Below, piece after piece: positions 23,701 to 38,200 of a stretch of 64,000 nt of DNA (the first letter of the stretch is position 1; every line of letters starts with the position of its first letter). The position numbers and the translations under genes were made by a program. This DNA is from Balanoglossus misakiensis (Eukaryota > Animalia > Hemichordata): NCBI GenBank assembly GCA_040954595.2, contig CM082588.2:11731398-11795397 (forward strand), in the 5' to 3' direction. The notes under the pieces were generated by a model. That model did no database searches and was not told the DNA's origin. It was given only the letters and a program-made list of their open reading frames with translations.

Positions 23701-26700
23701 GTCTTTTTAACAAAATAAATAAGAATAAATTCTTTTCTTAGTTTCAAACGGGAAGAGATACTTTCCACACGGGTTTTCTAACATTGAATTCCAGTTCATC
23801 AACTCAGATTTCCTACAGCATAAGTCGGCTAAAACCCTGACACTCTAGAGCAGAAACAGTTGCACACTGGTAACGTTGAACAAGTCGATTTTTCTACGGC
23901 CTGGCTCGGCTAAATCTCCGTCACAATATGACAGACACTAGCGTACGTTAGCAACGGTGATCAAGTCAGATTTTCTACGGCATGGCTTGGATAAAGCCCC
24001 GGCACTCTAGAGCAGAAACACGCGTACAGAGACCACGTTGATGAAGTCTGATCTCCTACGGCTTGGCTCGACTAAAACCCCGGCACACCATGACAGACAC
24101 TAGCGTTCGTTAGCAACGGTGATCAAGTCGGATTTCCTTCGGCCTGGCTCTGCAAAAGACCCGACACATTAGTACAAAGACGTTGGCTAAGTCGGGCAAA
24201 CCGAAGAGGGAAAGTCACAGCGGGTCAACACTCGACATTTGTTCGGGTAGGACTGCATTATTGCCTGTCAATTTATAGAGAAAGCCCGAATTTAACCAGG
24301 GCGTTTCAAACACCGACGTTATTTGGGGGCACGGCCTGCAGTACTGCCGGGTAAGCTGACATCGGCGTACCGCATATAATGTAGGGGGGGGACAGAACGG
24401 TTCAATACTACATTTATTAGATATCAGCTAATTTTGGACAATCATCTAAAATCTAAATCATTTTTTCATATTTGGATATCTGATGATGTATGAAATTTTC
24501 AATATATGTAAAAATGGTGCTGATTATAAAAAATGCACTCTGAATGAGCTGATTTAATACAAAATTGCGTTTTATTCGTTTTTGCACCAAAAAGGTCATT
24601 TTCAGGCAAAACATTCTTTATTTTTTTTAATTCGGTGGCCTGATCATATATAAACAATTGCTTGTATGTTAAAAGTTTTAATGACTTTTAAAAGCAGTGA
24701 CACTGGCGGCATTCAACACGAAAATAACAATTTTAGCCACAATTCGGTCAAAATGGTAAATTTTTGAAAATTACAAAAAATACCTGTTTTCTACATTTTC
24801 GGAAATCTGATGGAGTATAGAATGCTCTTCGTATACATATATCGATACAAATTCCACAAAAAACGGCCATTTTGGCTCACTGCAGACAAAATTGCGTTTT
24901 ACCAAATTTTCCTTGAAAATGTCATTTTTAGAAAAAAAAATAAAAAAAACCTTTGTTCTTCGAATTTGGTGCCCTGATCATATATGACATGTTGATTGTA
25001 TGTTAAAACTTTAGACCATTCCAAAAATGCAGAGATATTGACGGAATTCAAGAAAAAATAGCCATTTTGGCCATATTTTGACAAAAATGGTAAATTTTTA
25101 AAAAATCATAAAAAAATAACTCTTTTCTTCATTTTCGGAAATATTATGGAGCATGCAGTGTCGTTCTCTTGTAAAAAGTGCTGCAAATTCCAGAAAAGGC
25201 GGTATAATTTGAATCACCCATGACAAAATTACCATTTTCGACTTTTTTTCGAAAAATTGTGATTTTTACAAAATAAATAAGAATAAATTATTTTCTTAGT
25301 TTCAAAAGGGTAGAGACACTTTCCACACAATTTTTTTAACATTGAATTCCCATTCATCAACTCAGATTTCCTACAGCATAAGTCGGCTAAAACCCTGACA
25401 CTCTAGAGCAGAAACAGTTGCACAATGGTAACGTTGAACAAGTCGATTTTTCTACGGCCTGGCTCGGCTAAATCTCCGTCACAATATGACAGACACTAGC
25501 GCACGTTAGCAACGGTGATCAAGTCAGATTTTCTACGGCATGGCTGGGATAAAGCCCCGGCACTCTAGAGCAGAAACACGCGTACAGAGACCACGTTGAT
25601 CAAGTCTGATCTCCTACGGCTTGGCTCGACTAAAACCCCGGCACACTATGACAGACACTAGCGTTCGTTAGCAACGTTGATCAAGTCAGATTTCCTACGG
25701 CATGGCTTGGCTAAAGCCCTGGCACTCTAGAGCAGAAACACGCGTACAGAGACCACGTTGATCTACTCCCATTTCCTTCGGACTGGCACAGCTGATGCCC
25801 CGGCACTATATATAGGACACAGACTGGCGTAAGTTAACAACGGTAATCACGTCGGGTTTCCTACGGCCTGGCTCAGCTGAAGCCCCGGCACTCTAGAGCA
25901 GAAACAGGCGTACATTGACCACGTTGATCAAGTCAGATGTCCTACGGCGTGACTCCGCTGGTGCACCGGCTCTATATGACACAGACTGGCGTAAGTTATC
26001 AACGGTGATTACGTCGGATTTCCTACGGCCTGGTTTAGCTCAAGCCCCGGCACTTTAGAGCGGAAACACGCTTACATTGACCACGATGATCAAGTCAGAT
26101 CTCCTACGGCTTGGCTCGACTAAAACCCCGGCACACTATGACAGACACTAGCGTTCGTTAGCAACGTTGATCAAGTCAGATTTCCTACGGCATGGCTTGG
26201 CTAAAGCCCTGGCATTCTAGAGCAGAAACACGCGTACAGAGACCATATTGATCTACTCACATTTCCTTAGGCCTGGCACGGCTGATGCCCCGCACTATAT
26301 ATAGGACACAGACTGGCGTAAGTTAACAACGGTAATCACGTCGGGTTTCCTACGGCCTGGATCAGCTGAAGCCCCGGCACTCTAGAGCAGAAACAGGCGT
26401 ACATTGACCACGTTGATCAAGTCAGATTTCCTACGGCCTGGTTCGACTAAAACCCCGGCACACCATGACAGACAATAGCGTTCGTTAGCAACGGTGATCA
26501 AGTCGGATTTCCTTCGGCCTGGCTCGGCAAAAGACCCGACCCTCTAGTACAAAGACGTTGGCTAAGTCGGGCAAACCGAAGAGGGAAAGTCACAGCGGGT
26601 CAACACTCGACATTTGTTCGGGTAGGACTGCATTATTGCCTGTTAATTTATAGAGAAAGCCCGAATTTAACCAGGGCGCTTCAAACACCGACGTTAGTTG

Positions 26701-27850
26701 GGGGCACGGCCTGCAGTACTGCCGGGTAAGGTGACATCGGCGTACCGCATATAATGTAGGGGGGGGGGGGAGAAACAGAACGGTTCAATACTACATTTAT
26801 CAGATATCAGCTAATTTTGGACAATCATCTAAAATCTAAATCATCTTTTCATATTTGGATATCTGATGATGTATGAAATTTCCATTATATGTAAAAATGG
26901 TGCTGATTATAAAAATGCACTCTGAATGAGCTGATTTAATACAAAATTGCGTTTTATTCGTTTTTGCACCAAAAAGGTCATTTTTAGGCAAAACATTCTT
27001 TATTTTTTTAATTCGGTGACCTGATCATATATAAACAATTGCTTGTATGTTAAAAGTTTTTATGACTTTTAAAAGCAGTGACACTGGCGGCATTCAACAC
27101 GAAAATAACAATTTTAGCCACAATTTGGTCAAAATGGTAAATTTTTGAAAATTACAAAAAATACCTGTTTTCTACATTTTTGGAAATCTGATGGAGTATA
27201 GAATGCTCTTCGTATGTATATATCGATACAAATTCCACAAAAGACCGTCTAATTTGGCTCACTGCAGACAAAATTGCGTTTTACCAAATTTTCCTTGAAA
27301 ATGTCATTTTTAGAAAAAAAAATAAAAAAAACCTTTGTTCTTCAAATGTGGTGCCCTGATCATATATGACATGTTGATTGTATGTTAAAACTTTCGACCA
27401 CTCCAAAAATGCAGAGATATTGACGGAATTCAAGAAAAAATAGCCATTTTGGCCATATTTTGACAAAAATGGTAAATTTTTAAAAAATCATAAAAAATTA
27501 ACTATTTTCTTCATTTTCGGAAATATTATGGAGCATGAAGTGTCGTTCTCTTGTAAAAAGTGCTGCAAATTCCAGAAAAGGTGGTATAATTTGAATCACC
27601 CAAGACAAAATTACCATTTTCGACTTTTTTTCGAAAAATTGTCTTTTTAACAAAATAAATAAGAATAAATTCTTTTCTTAGTTTCAAACGGGAAGAGATA
27701 CTTTCCACACGGGTTTTCTAACATTGAATTCCAGTTCATCAACTCAGATTTCCTACAGCATAAGTCGGCTAAAACCCTGACACTCTAGAGCAGAAACAGT
27801 TGCACACTGGTAACGTTGAACAAGTCGATTTTTCTACGGCCTGGCTCGGC
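20800..27850. repeat. ~3.94-kb segmental duplication within the array
   Basis: Identical ORF translations at offsets 3939 (20960/24899) and 3940 (23586/27526). Shared private variants such as CACACAATTTTTTTAAC (~21385/~25324) and AATTCCAGTTCATC (~23787/~27727). Confidence 0.85.
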
Positions 27851-30800
27851 TAAATCTCGTCACAATATGACAGACACTAGCGTACGTTAGCAACGGTGAT
27901 CAAGTCAGATATTCAACGGCATGGGTTGGATAAAGCCCCGGCACTCTAGAGCAGAAACACGCGTACAGAGACCACGTTGATCAAGTCTGATCTCCTACGG
28001 CTTGGCTCGACTAAAACCCCGGCACACTATGACAGACACTAGCGTTCGTTAGCAACGTTGATCAAGTCAGATTTCCTACGGCATGGCTTTGCTAAAGCCC
28101 TGACACTCTAGAGCAGAAACACGCGTACAGAGACCACGTTGATCTACTCACATTTCCTTCGGCCTGGCACGGCTGATGCCCCGGCACTATGTATAGGACA
28201 CAGACTGGCGTAAGTTAACAACGGTAATCACGTCGGGTTTCCTACGGCCTGGCTCAGCTGAAGCCCCGGCACTCTAGAGCAGAAACAGGCGAACATTGAC
28301 CACGTTGATCAAGTAAGATTTCCTACGGCGTGACTCGGCTGGTGCACCGGCTCTATATGACACAGACTGGCGTAAGTTATCAACGGTGATTACGTCGGAT
28401 TTCCTACGGCATGGTTTAGCTAAAGCCCCGGCACTTTAGAGCAGAAACAGGCGTACATTGACCACGTTGATCAAGTCAGATTTCCTACGGCGTGACTCGG
28501 CTGGTGCACCGGCTCTATATGACACAGACTGGCGTGAGTTATCAACGGTGATTACGCCAGATTTCCTACGGCATGGTTTAGCTGAAGCCCCGGCACTTTA
28601 GAGCGGAAACACGCGTACATTGACCACGATGATCAAGTCAGATCTCCTACGGCCTGGCTCGACTAAAACCCCGGCACACCATGACAGACACTAGCGTTCG
28701 TTAGCAACTGTGATCAAGTCGGATTTCCTTCGGCCTGGCTCTGCAAAAGACCCGACACATTAGTACAAAGACGTTGGCTAAGTCGGGCAAACCGAAGAGG
28801 GAAAGTCACAGTGGGTCAACACTCGACATTTGTTCGGGTAGGACTGCATTATTGCCTGTCAATTTATAGAGAAAGCCCGAATTTAACCAGGGCGTTTCAA
28901 ACACCGACGTTATTTGGGGGCACGGCCTGCAGTACTGCCGGGTAAGGTGACATCGGCGTACCGCATATAATGTAGGGGGGGGGGGAGAAACAGAACGGTT
29001 CAATACTACATTTATTAGATATCAGCTAATTTTGGACAATCATCTAAAATCTAAATCATTTTTTCATATTTGGATATCTGATGATGTATGAAATTTCCAT
29101 TATATGTAAAAATGGTGCTGATTATAAAAAATGCACTCTGAATGAGCTGATTTAATACAAAATTGCGTTTTATTCGTTTTTGCACCAAAAAGGTCATTTT
29201 TAGGCAAAACATTCTTTATTTTTTTAATTCGGTGACCTGATCATATATAAGCAATTGCTTGCATATTAAAAGTTTTTATGACTTTTAAAAGCAGTGACAC
29301 TGGCGGCATTTAACACGAAAATAACAATTTTAACCACAATTTGGTCAAAATGGTAAATTTTTGAAAATTACAAAAAATACCTGTTTTCTACATTTTCGGA
29401 AATCTGATGGAGTATAGAATGCTCTTCGTATATATATATCGATACCAATTCCACAAAAGACCGTCTAATTTGGCTCACTGCAGACAAAATTGCGTTTTAC
29501 CAAATTTTCCTTGAAAATGTCATTTTTAGAAAAATAAAATAAAAAAACCTTCGTTCTTCGAACTTGGTGCCCTGATCATATATGACATGTTGATTGTATG
29601 TTAAAACTTTCGACCACTCCAAAAATGCAGAGATATTGACGGAATTCAAGAAAAAATAGCCATTTTGGCCATATTTTGACAAAAATGGTAAATTTTTGAA
29701 AAATCATAAAAAAATAACTGTTTTCTTCATTTCCGGAAATATTATGGAGCATGAAGTGTCGTTCTCTTGTAAAAAGTGCTGCAAATTCCAGAAAAGGCGG
29801 TATAATTTGAATCACCCAAGACAAAATTGCAATTTTTCGACTTTTTTTCGAAAAATTGTCTTTTTTACAAAATAAATAAGAATAAATTCTTTTCTTAGTT
29901 TCAAACGGGAAGAGATACTTTCCACACGGGTTTTCTAACATTGAATTCCCGTTCATCAACTCAGATTTCCTACAGCATAAGTCGGCTAAAACCCTGACAC
30001 TCTAGAGCAGAAACAGTTGCACACTGGTAACGTTGAACAAGTCGATTTTTCTACGGCCTGGCTCGGCTAAATCTCCGTCACAATATGACAGACACTAGCG
30101 TACGTTAGCAACGGTGATCAAGTCAGATTTCCTACGGCATGGTTTAGCTGAAGCCCCGGCACTTTAGAGCGGAAACACGCGTACATTGACCACGTTGATC
30201 AAGTCTGATCTCCTACGGCTTGGCTCGACTAAAACCCCGGCACACTATGACAGACACTAGCGTTCGTTAGCAACGTTGATCAAGTCAGATTTCCTACGGC
30301 ATGGCTTCGCTAAAGCCCTGGCACTCTAGAGCAGAAACACGCGTACAGAGACCGCGTTGATCTACTCACATTTCCTTCGGCCTGGCTCAGCTGAAGCCCC
30401 GGCACTCTAGAGCAGAAACAGGCGTACATTGACCACGTTGATCAAGTCAGATTTCCTACGGCGTGACTCGGCTGGTGCACCGGCTCTATATGACACAGAC
30501 TGGCGTAAGTTAGCAACGGTGATTACGTCGGATTTCCTTCGGCCTGGTTTAGCTGAAGCCCCGGCACTTTAGAGCGGAAACACGCGTACATTGACCACGA
30601 TGATCAAGTCAGATTTCCTACGGCGTGACTCGGCTGGTGCACCGGCTCTATATGACACAGACTGGCGTAAGTTATCAACGGTGATTACGTCGGATTTCCT
30701 ACGGCCTGGTTTAGCTGAAGCCCCGGCACTTTAGAGCGGAAACACGCGTACATTGACCACGTTGATCAAATCAGATTCCTACGGCGTGACTCGGCTGGTG

Positions 30801-33800
30801 CACCGGCTCTATATGACACAGACTGGCGTAAGTTATCAACGGTGATTACGTCGGATTTCCTACGGCCTGGTTTAGCTGAAGCCCCGGCACTTTAGAGCGG
30901 AAACACGCGTACATTGACCACGATGATCCAGTCAGATCTTCTACGGCCTGGCTCGACTAAAACCCTGGCACACCATGACAGACACTAGCGTTCGTTAGCA
31001 ACGGTGATCAAGTCGGATTTCCTTCGGCCTGGCTCTGCAAAAGACCCGACACTCTAGTACAAAGACGTTGGCTAAGTTGGGCAAACCGAAGAGGGGAAGT
31101 CACAGCAGGTCAACACTCGACATTTGTTCCGGTAGGACTACATTATTGCCTGTCAATTTATAGAGAAAGCCCGAATTTAACCAGGGCGTTTCAAACACCG
31201 ACGTTAGTTGTGGGCACGGCCTGCAGTACTGACGGGTAAGCTGACATCGGCGTACCGCATGTAATGTAGGGGGGGGGAACAGAACGGTTCAATACTACAT
31301 TTATTAGATATCAGCTACTTTTGGACAATCATCTAAAATCTAAATCATTTTTTTCATATTTGGATATCTGATGATGTATGAAATTTCCATTATATGTAAA
31401 AATGGTGCTGATTATAAAAAATGCACTCTGAATGAACTGATTTAATACAAAATTGCGTTTTATTCGTTTTTGCACCAAAAAGGTCATTTTTAGGGAAAAT
31501 ATTCTTTATTCTTTAAATTCGTTGACCTGATCATATATAAACAATTGCTTGTGTGTTAAAAGTTTTAATGACTTTTAAAAGCAGTGACACTGGCGGCATT
31601 CAACACGAAAATAACAATTTTAGCCACAATTCGGTCAAAATGGTAAATTTTTGAAAATTACAAAAAATACCTGTTTTCTACATTTTCGGAAATCTGATGG
31701 AGTATAGAATGCTCTTCGTATACATATATCGATACAAATTCCACAAAAAAAAACGGCCAATTTGGCTCACTGCAGACAAAATTGCGTTTTACCAAATTTT
31801 CCTTGAAAATGTCATTTTTAGAAAAAAAAATAAAAAAAAACCTTTGTTCTTCGAATTTGGTGCCCTGATCATATATGACATGTTGATTGTATGTTAAAAC
31901 TTTGGACCACTCCAAAAATGCAGAGATATTGACGGAATTCAAGAAAAAATAGCCATTTTGGCCATATTTTGACAAAAATTGTAAATTTTTAAAAAATCAT
32001 AAAAAATTAACTCTTTTCTTCATTTTCGGAAATATTATGGAGCATGAAGTGTCGTTCTCTTGTAAAAAGTGCTGCAAATTCCAGAAAAGGCGGTATAATT
32101 TGAATCACCCATGACAAAATTACCATTTTCGACTTTTTTTCGAAAAATTGTGATTTTTACAAAATAAATAAGAATAAATTATTTTCTTAGTTTCAAAAGG
32201 GTAGAGACACTTTCCACACAGGTTTTTTAACATTGAATTCCCATTCATCAACTCAGATTTCCTACAGCATAAGTCGGCTAAAACCCTGACACTCTAGAGC
32301 AGAAACAGTTGCACACTGGTAACGTTGAACAAGTCGATTTTTCTACGGCCTGGCTCGGCTAAATCTCCGTCACAATATGACAGACACTAGCGCACGTTAG
32401 CAACGGTGATCAAGTCAGATTTTCTACGGCATGGCTGGGATAAAGCCCCGGCACTCTAGAGCAGAAACACGCGTACAGAGACCACGTTGATCAAGTCTGA
32501 TCTCCTACGGCTTGGCTCGACTAAAACCCCGGCACACTATGACAGACACTAGCGTTCGTTAGCAACGTTGATCAAGTCAGATTTCCTACGGCATGGCTTG
32601 GCTAAAGCCCTGGCACTCTAGAGCAGAAACACGCGTACAGAGACCACGTTGATCTACTCCCATTTCCTTCGGCCTGGCACAGCTGATGCCCCGGCACTAT
32701 ATATAGGACACAGACTGGCGTAAGTTAAAAACGGTAATCACGTCGGGTTTCCTACGGCCTGGCTCAGCTGAAGCCCCGGCACTCTAGAGCAGAAACAGGC
32801 GTACATTGACCACGTTGATCAAGTCAGATGTCCTACGGCGTGACTCCGCTGGTGCACCGGCTCTATATGACACAGACTGGCATAAGTTATCAACGGTGAT
32901 TACGTCGGATTTCCTACGGCCTGGTTTAGCTCAAGCCCCGGCACTTTAGAGCGGAAACACGCGTACATTGACCACGATGATCAAGTCAGATCTCCTACGG
33001 CTTGGCTCGACTAAAACCCCGGCACACTATGACAGACACTAGCGTTCGTTAGCAACGTTGATCAAGTCAGATTTCCTACGGCATGGCTTGGCTAAAGCCC
33101 TGGCATTCTAGAGCAGAAACACGCGTACAGAGACCACATTGATCTACTCACATTTCCTTAGGCCTGGCGCGGCTGATGCCCCGCACTATATATAGGACAC
33201 AGACTGGCGTAAGTTAACAACGGTAATCACGTCGGGTTTCCTACGGCCTGGATCAGCTGAAGCCCCTGCACTCTAGAGCAGAAACAGGCGTACATTGACC
33301 ACGTTGATCAAGTCAGATTTCCTACGGCCTGGTTCGACTAAAACCCCGGCACACCATGACAGACACTAGCGTTCGCTAGCAACGGTGATCAAGTCTGATT
33401 TCCTTCGGCCTGGCTCGGCAAAAGACCCGACCCTCTAGTACAAAGACGTTGTCGTTGGCTAAGTCGGGCAAACCGAAGAGGGAAAGTCACAGCGGGTCAA
33501 CACTCGACATTTGTTCGGGTAGGACTGCATTATTGCCTGTTAATTTATAGAGAAAGCCCGAATTTAACCAGGGCGCTTCAAACACCGACGTTAGTTGGGG
33601 GCACGGCCTGCAGTACTGCCGGGTAAGGTGACATCGGCGTACCGCATATAATGTAGGGGGGGGGAGAAACAGAACGGTTCAATACTACATTTATCAGATA
33701 TCAGCTAATTTTGGACAATCATCTAAAATCTAAATCATCTTTTCATATTTGGATATCTGATGATGTATGAAATTTCCATTATATGTAAAAATGGTGCTGA

Positions 33801-35299
33801 TTATAAAAATGCACTCTGAATGAGCTGATTTAATACAAAATTGCGTTTTATTCGTTTTTGCACCAAAAAGGTCATTTTTAGGCAAAACATTCTTTATTTT
33901 TTTAATTCGGTGACCTGATCATATATAAACAATTGCTTGTATGTTAAAAGTTTTTATGACTTTTAAAAGCAGTGACACTGGCGGCATTCAACACGAAAAT
34001 AACAATTTTAGCCACAATTTGGTCAAAATGGTAATTTTTTGAAAATTACAAAAAATACCTGTTTTCTACATTTTCGGAAATCTGATGGAGTATAGAATGC
34101 TCTTCGTTTGTATATATCGATACAAATTCCACAAAAGACCGTCTAATTTGGCTCACTGCAGACAAAATTGCGTTTTACCAAATTTTCCTTGAAAATGTCA
34201 TTTTTAGAAAAAAAAATAAAAAAACCTTTGTTCTTCGAATTTGGTGCCCTGATCATATATGACATGTTGATTGTATGTTAAAACTCTCGACCACTCCAAA
34301 AATGCAGAGATATTGACGGAATTCAAGAAAAATAGCCATTTTGGCCATATTTTGACAAAAATGGTAAATTTTTGAAAAATCATAAAAAATTAACTCTTTT
34401 CTTCATTTTCGGAAATATTATGGAGCATGAAGTGTCGTTCTCTTGCAAAAAGTGCTGCAAATTGCAGAAAAGGCGGTATAATTTGAATCACCCAAGACAA
34501 AATTACCATTTTCAACTTTTTTTCGAAAAATTGTCTTTTTTTACAAAATAAATAAGAATAAATTATTTTCATAGTTTCAAACGGGTAGAGATACTTTCCA
34601 CACGGGTTTTCTAACATTGAATTCCCGTTCATCAACTCAGATTTCCTACAGCATAAGTCGGCTAAAACCCTGACACTCTAGAGCAGAAACAGTTGCACAC
34701 TGGTAACGTTGAACAAGTCGATTTTTCTACGACCTGGCTCGGCTAAATCTCCGTCACAATATGACAGACACTAGCGTACGTTAGCAACGGTGATCAAGTC
34801 AGATTTTCTACGGCATGGCTTGGATAAAGCCCCGGCACTCTAGAGCAGAAACACGCGTACAGAGACCACGTTGATCAAGTCTGATCTCCTACGGCTTGGC
34901 TCGACTAAAACCCCGGCACACTATGACAGACACTAGCGTTCGTTAGCAACTTTGATCAAGTCATATTTCCTACGGCATGGCTTAGCTAAAGCCCTGGCAC
35001 TCTAGAGCAGAAACACGCGTACAGAGACCACGTTGATCTTCTCACATTTCCTTCGGCCTGGCACGGCTGATGCCCCGGCACTATATATAGGACACAGACT
35101 GGCGTAAGTTAACAACGGTAATCACGTCGGGTTTCCTACGGCCTGGCTCAGCTGAAGCCCCGGCACTCTAGAGCAGAAACTGGCGTACATTGACCACGTT
35201 GATCAAGTCAGATTTCCTACGGCGTGACTCGGCTGGTGCACCGGCTCTATATGACACAGACTGGCGTAAGTTATCAACGGTGATTACGTCGGATTTCCT

Positions 35300-38200
35300 A
35301 CGGCCTGGTTTAGCTGAAGCCCCGGCACTTTAGAGCGGAAACACGCGTACATTGACCACGATGATCAAGTCAGATCTCCTACGGCCTGGCTCGACTAAAA
35401 CCCCGGCACACCATGACAGACACTAGCGTTCGTTAGCAACGGTGATTAAGTCGGATTTCCTTCGGCCTGGCTCTGCAAAAGACCCGTCACTCTAGTACAA
35501 AGACGTTGGCTAAGTCGGGCAAACCGAACAGGGAAAGTCACAGCGGTTCAACACTTGACATTTGTTCCGGTAGGACTGCATTATTGCCTGTCGATTTATA
35601 GAGAGAGCCCGAATTTAACCAGGGCGTTTCAAACACCGACGTTTGTTGGGGGCACGGCCTACAGTACTGCCGGGTAAGCTGACATCGGCGTACCGCATAT
35701 AATGTAAGGGGGGGGGGACAGAACGGTTCAATACTACATTTATTAGATATCAGCTAATTTTGGACAATCATCTAAAATCTAAATCATTTTTTCATATTTG
35801 GATATCTGATGATGTATGAAATTTCCATTATATGTAAAAATGGTGCTTATTATAAAACATGCACTCTGAATGAACTGATTTAATACAAGATTGCGTTTTA
35901 TTCGTTTTTGCACCAAAAAGGTCATTTTAGGCAAAACATTCTTTATTTTTTTAATTCGGTGACCTGATCATATATAAACAATTGCTTGTATGTTAAAAGT
36001 TTTTATGACTTTTAAAAGCAGTGACACTGGCGGCATTCATCACGAAAATAACAATTTTAGCCACAATTTGGTCAAAATGGTAAATTTTTGAAATTTACAA
36101 AAAATACCTGTTTTCTACATTTTCGGAAATCTGATGGAGTGTAGAATGCTCTTCGTATGTATATATCGATACAAATTCCACAAAAGACCGTCTAATTTGG
36201 CTCACTGCAGACAAAATTGCGTTTTACCAAATTTTCCTTGAAAATGTCATTTTTAGAAAAAAAAAAAAAAAAAACCTTTGTTCTTCGAATTTGGTGCCCT
36301 GATCATATATGACATGTTGATTGTATGTTAAAACTCTCGACCACTCCAAAAATGCTGAGATATTGACGGAATTCAAGAAAAATAGCCATTTTGGCCATAT
36401 TTTGACAAAAATGGTAAATTTTTGAAAAATCATAAAAAATTAACTCTTTTCTTCATTTTCGGAAATATTATGGAGCATGAAGTGTCGTTCTCTTGTAAAA
36501 AGTGCTGCAAATTCCAGAAAAGGCGGTATAATTTGAATCACCCAAGACAAAATTGCAATTTTTCGACTTTTTTTCGAAAAATTGTCTTTTTTACAAAATA
36601 AATAAGAATAAATTCTTTTCTTAGTTTCAAACGGGTAGAGATACTTTCCACACGGGTTTTCTAACATTGAATTCTCGTTCATCAACTCAGATTTCCTACA
36701 GCATAAGTCGGCTAAAACCCTGACACTCTAGAGCAGAAACAGTTGCACACTGGTAACGTTGAACAAGTCGATTTTTCTACGGCCTGGCTCGGCTAAATCT
36801 CCGTCACAATATGACAGACACTAGCGCACGTTAGCAACGGTGATCAAGTCAGATTTTCTACGGCATGGCTGGGATAAAGCCCCGGCACTCTAGAGCAGAA
36901 ACACGCGTACAGAGACCACGTTGATCAAGTCTGATCTCCTACGGCTTGGCTCGACTAAAACCCCGGCACACTATGACAGACACTAGCGTTCGTTAGCAAC
37001 GTTGATCAAGTCAGATTTCCTACGGCATGGCTTGGCTAAAGCCCTGGCACTCTAGAGCAGAAACACGCGTACAGAGACCACGTTGATCTACTCCCATTTC
37101 CTTCGGCCTGGCACAGCTGATGCCCCGGCACTATATATAGGACACAGACTGGCGTAAGTTAACAACGGTAATCACGTCGGGTTTCCTACGGCCTGGCTCA
37201 GCTGAAGCCCCGGCACTCTAGAGCAGAAACAGGCGTACATTGACCACGTTGATCAAGTCAGATTTCCTACGGCGTGACTCGGCTGGTGCACCGGCTCTAT
37301 ATGACACAGACTGGCGTAAGTTATCAACGGTGATTACGTCGGATTTCCTACGGCCTGGTTTAGCTGAAGCCCCGGCACTTTAGAGCGGAAACACGCGTAC
37401 ATTGACCACGATGATCAAGTCAGATCTCCTACGGCCTGGCTCGACTAAAACCCCGGCACACCATGACAGACACTAGCGTTCGTTAGCAACGGTGATTAAG
37501 TCGGATTTCCTTCGGCCTGGCTCTGCAAAAGACCCGTCACTCTAGTACAAAGACGTTGGCTAAGTCGGGCAAACCGAACAGGGAAAGTCACAGCGGTTCA
37601 ACACTTGACATTTGTTCCGGTAGGACTGCATTATTGCCTGTCGATTTATAGAGAGAGCCCGAATTTAACCAGGGCGTTTCAAACACCGACGTTTGTTGGG
37701 GGCACGGCCTACAGTACTGCCGGGTAAGCTGACATCGGCGTACCGCATATAATGTAAGGGGGGGGGGGGACAGAACGGTTCAATACTACATTTATTAGAT
37801 ATCAGCTAATTTTGGACAATCATCTAAAATCTAAATCATTTTTTCATATTTGGATATCTGATGATGTATGAAATTTCCATTATATGTAAAAATGGTGCTT
37901 ATTATAAAACATGCACTCTGAATGAACTGATTTAATACAAGATTGCGTTTTATTCGTTTTTGCACCAAAAAGGTCATTTTAGGCAAAACATTCTTTATTT
38001 TTTTAATTCGGTGACCTGATCATATATAAACAATTGCTTGTATGTTAAAAGTTTTTATGACTTTTAAAAGCAGTGACACTGGCGGCATTCATCACGAAAA
38101 TAACAATTTTAGCCACAATTTGGTCAAAATGGTAAATTTTTGAAATTTACAAAAAATACCTGTTTTCTACATTTTCGGAAATCTGATGGAGTGTAGAATG

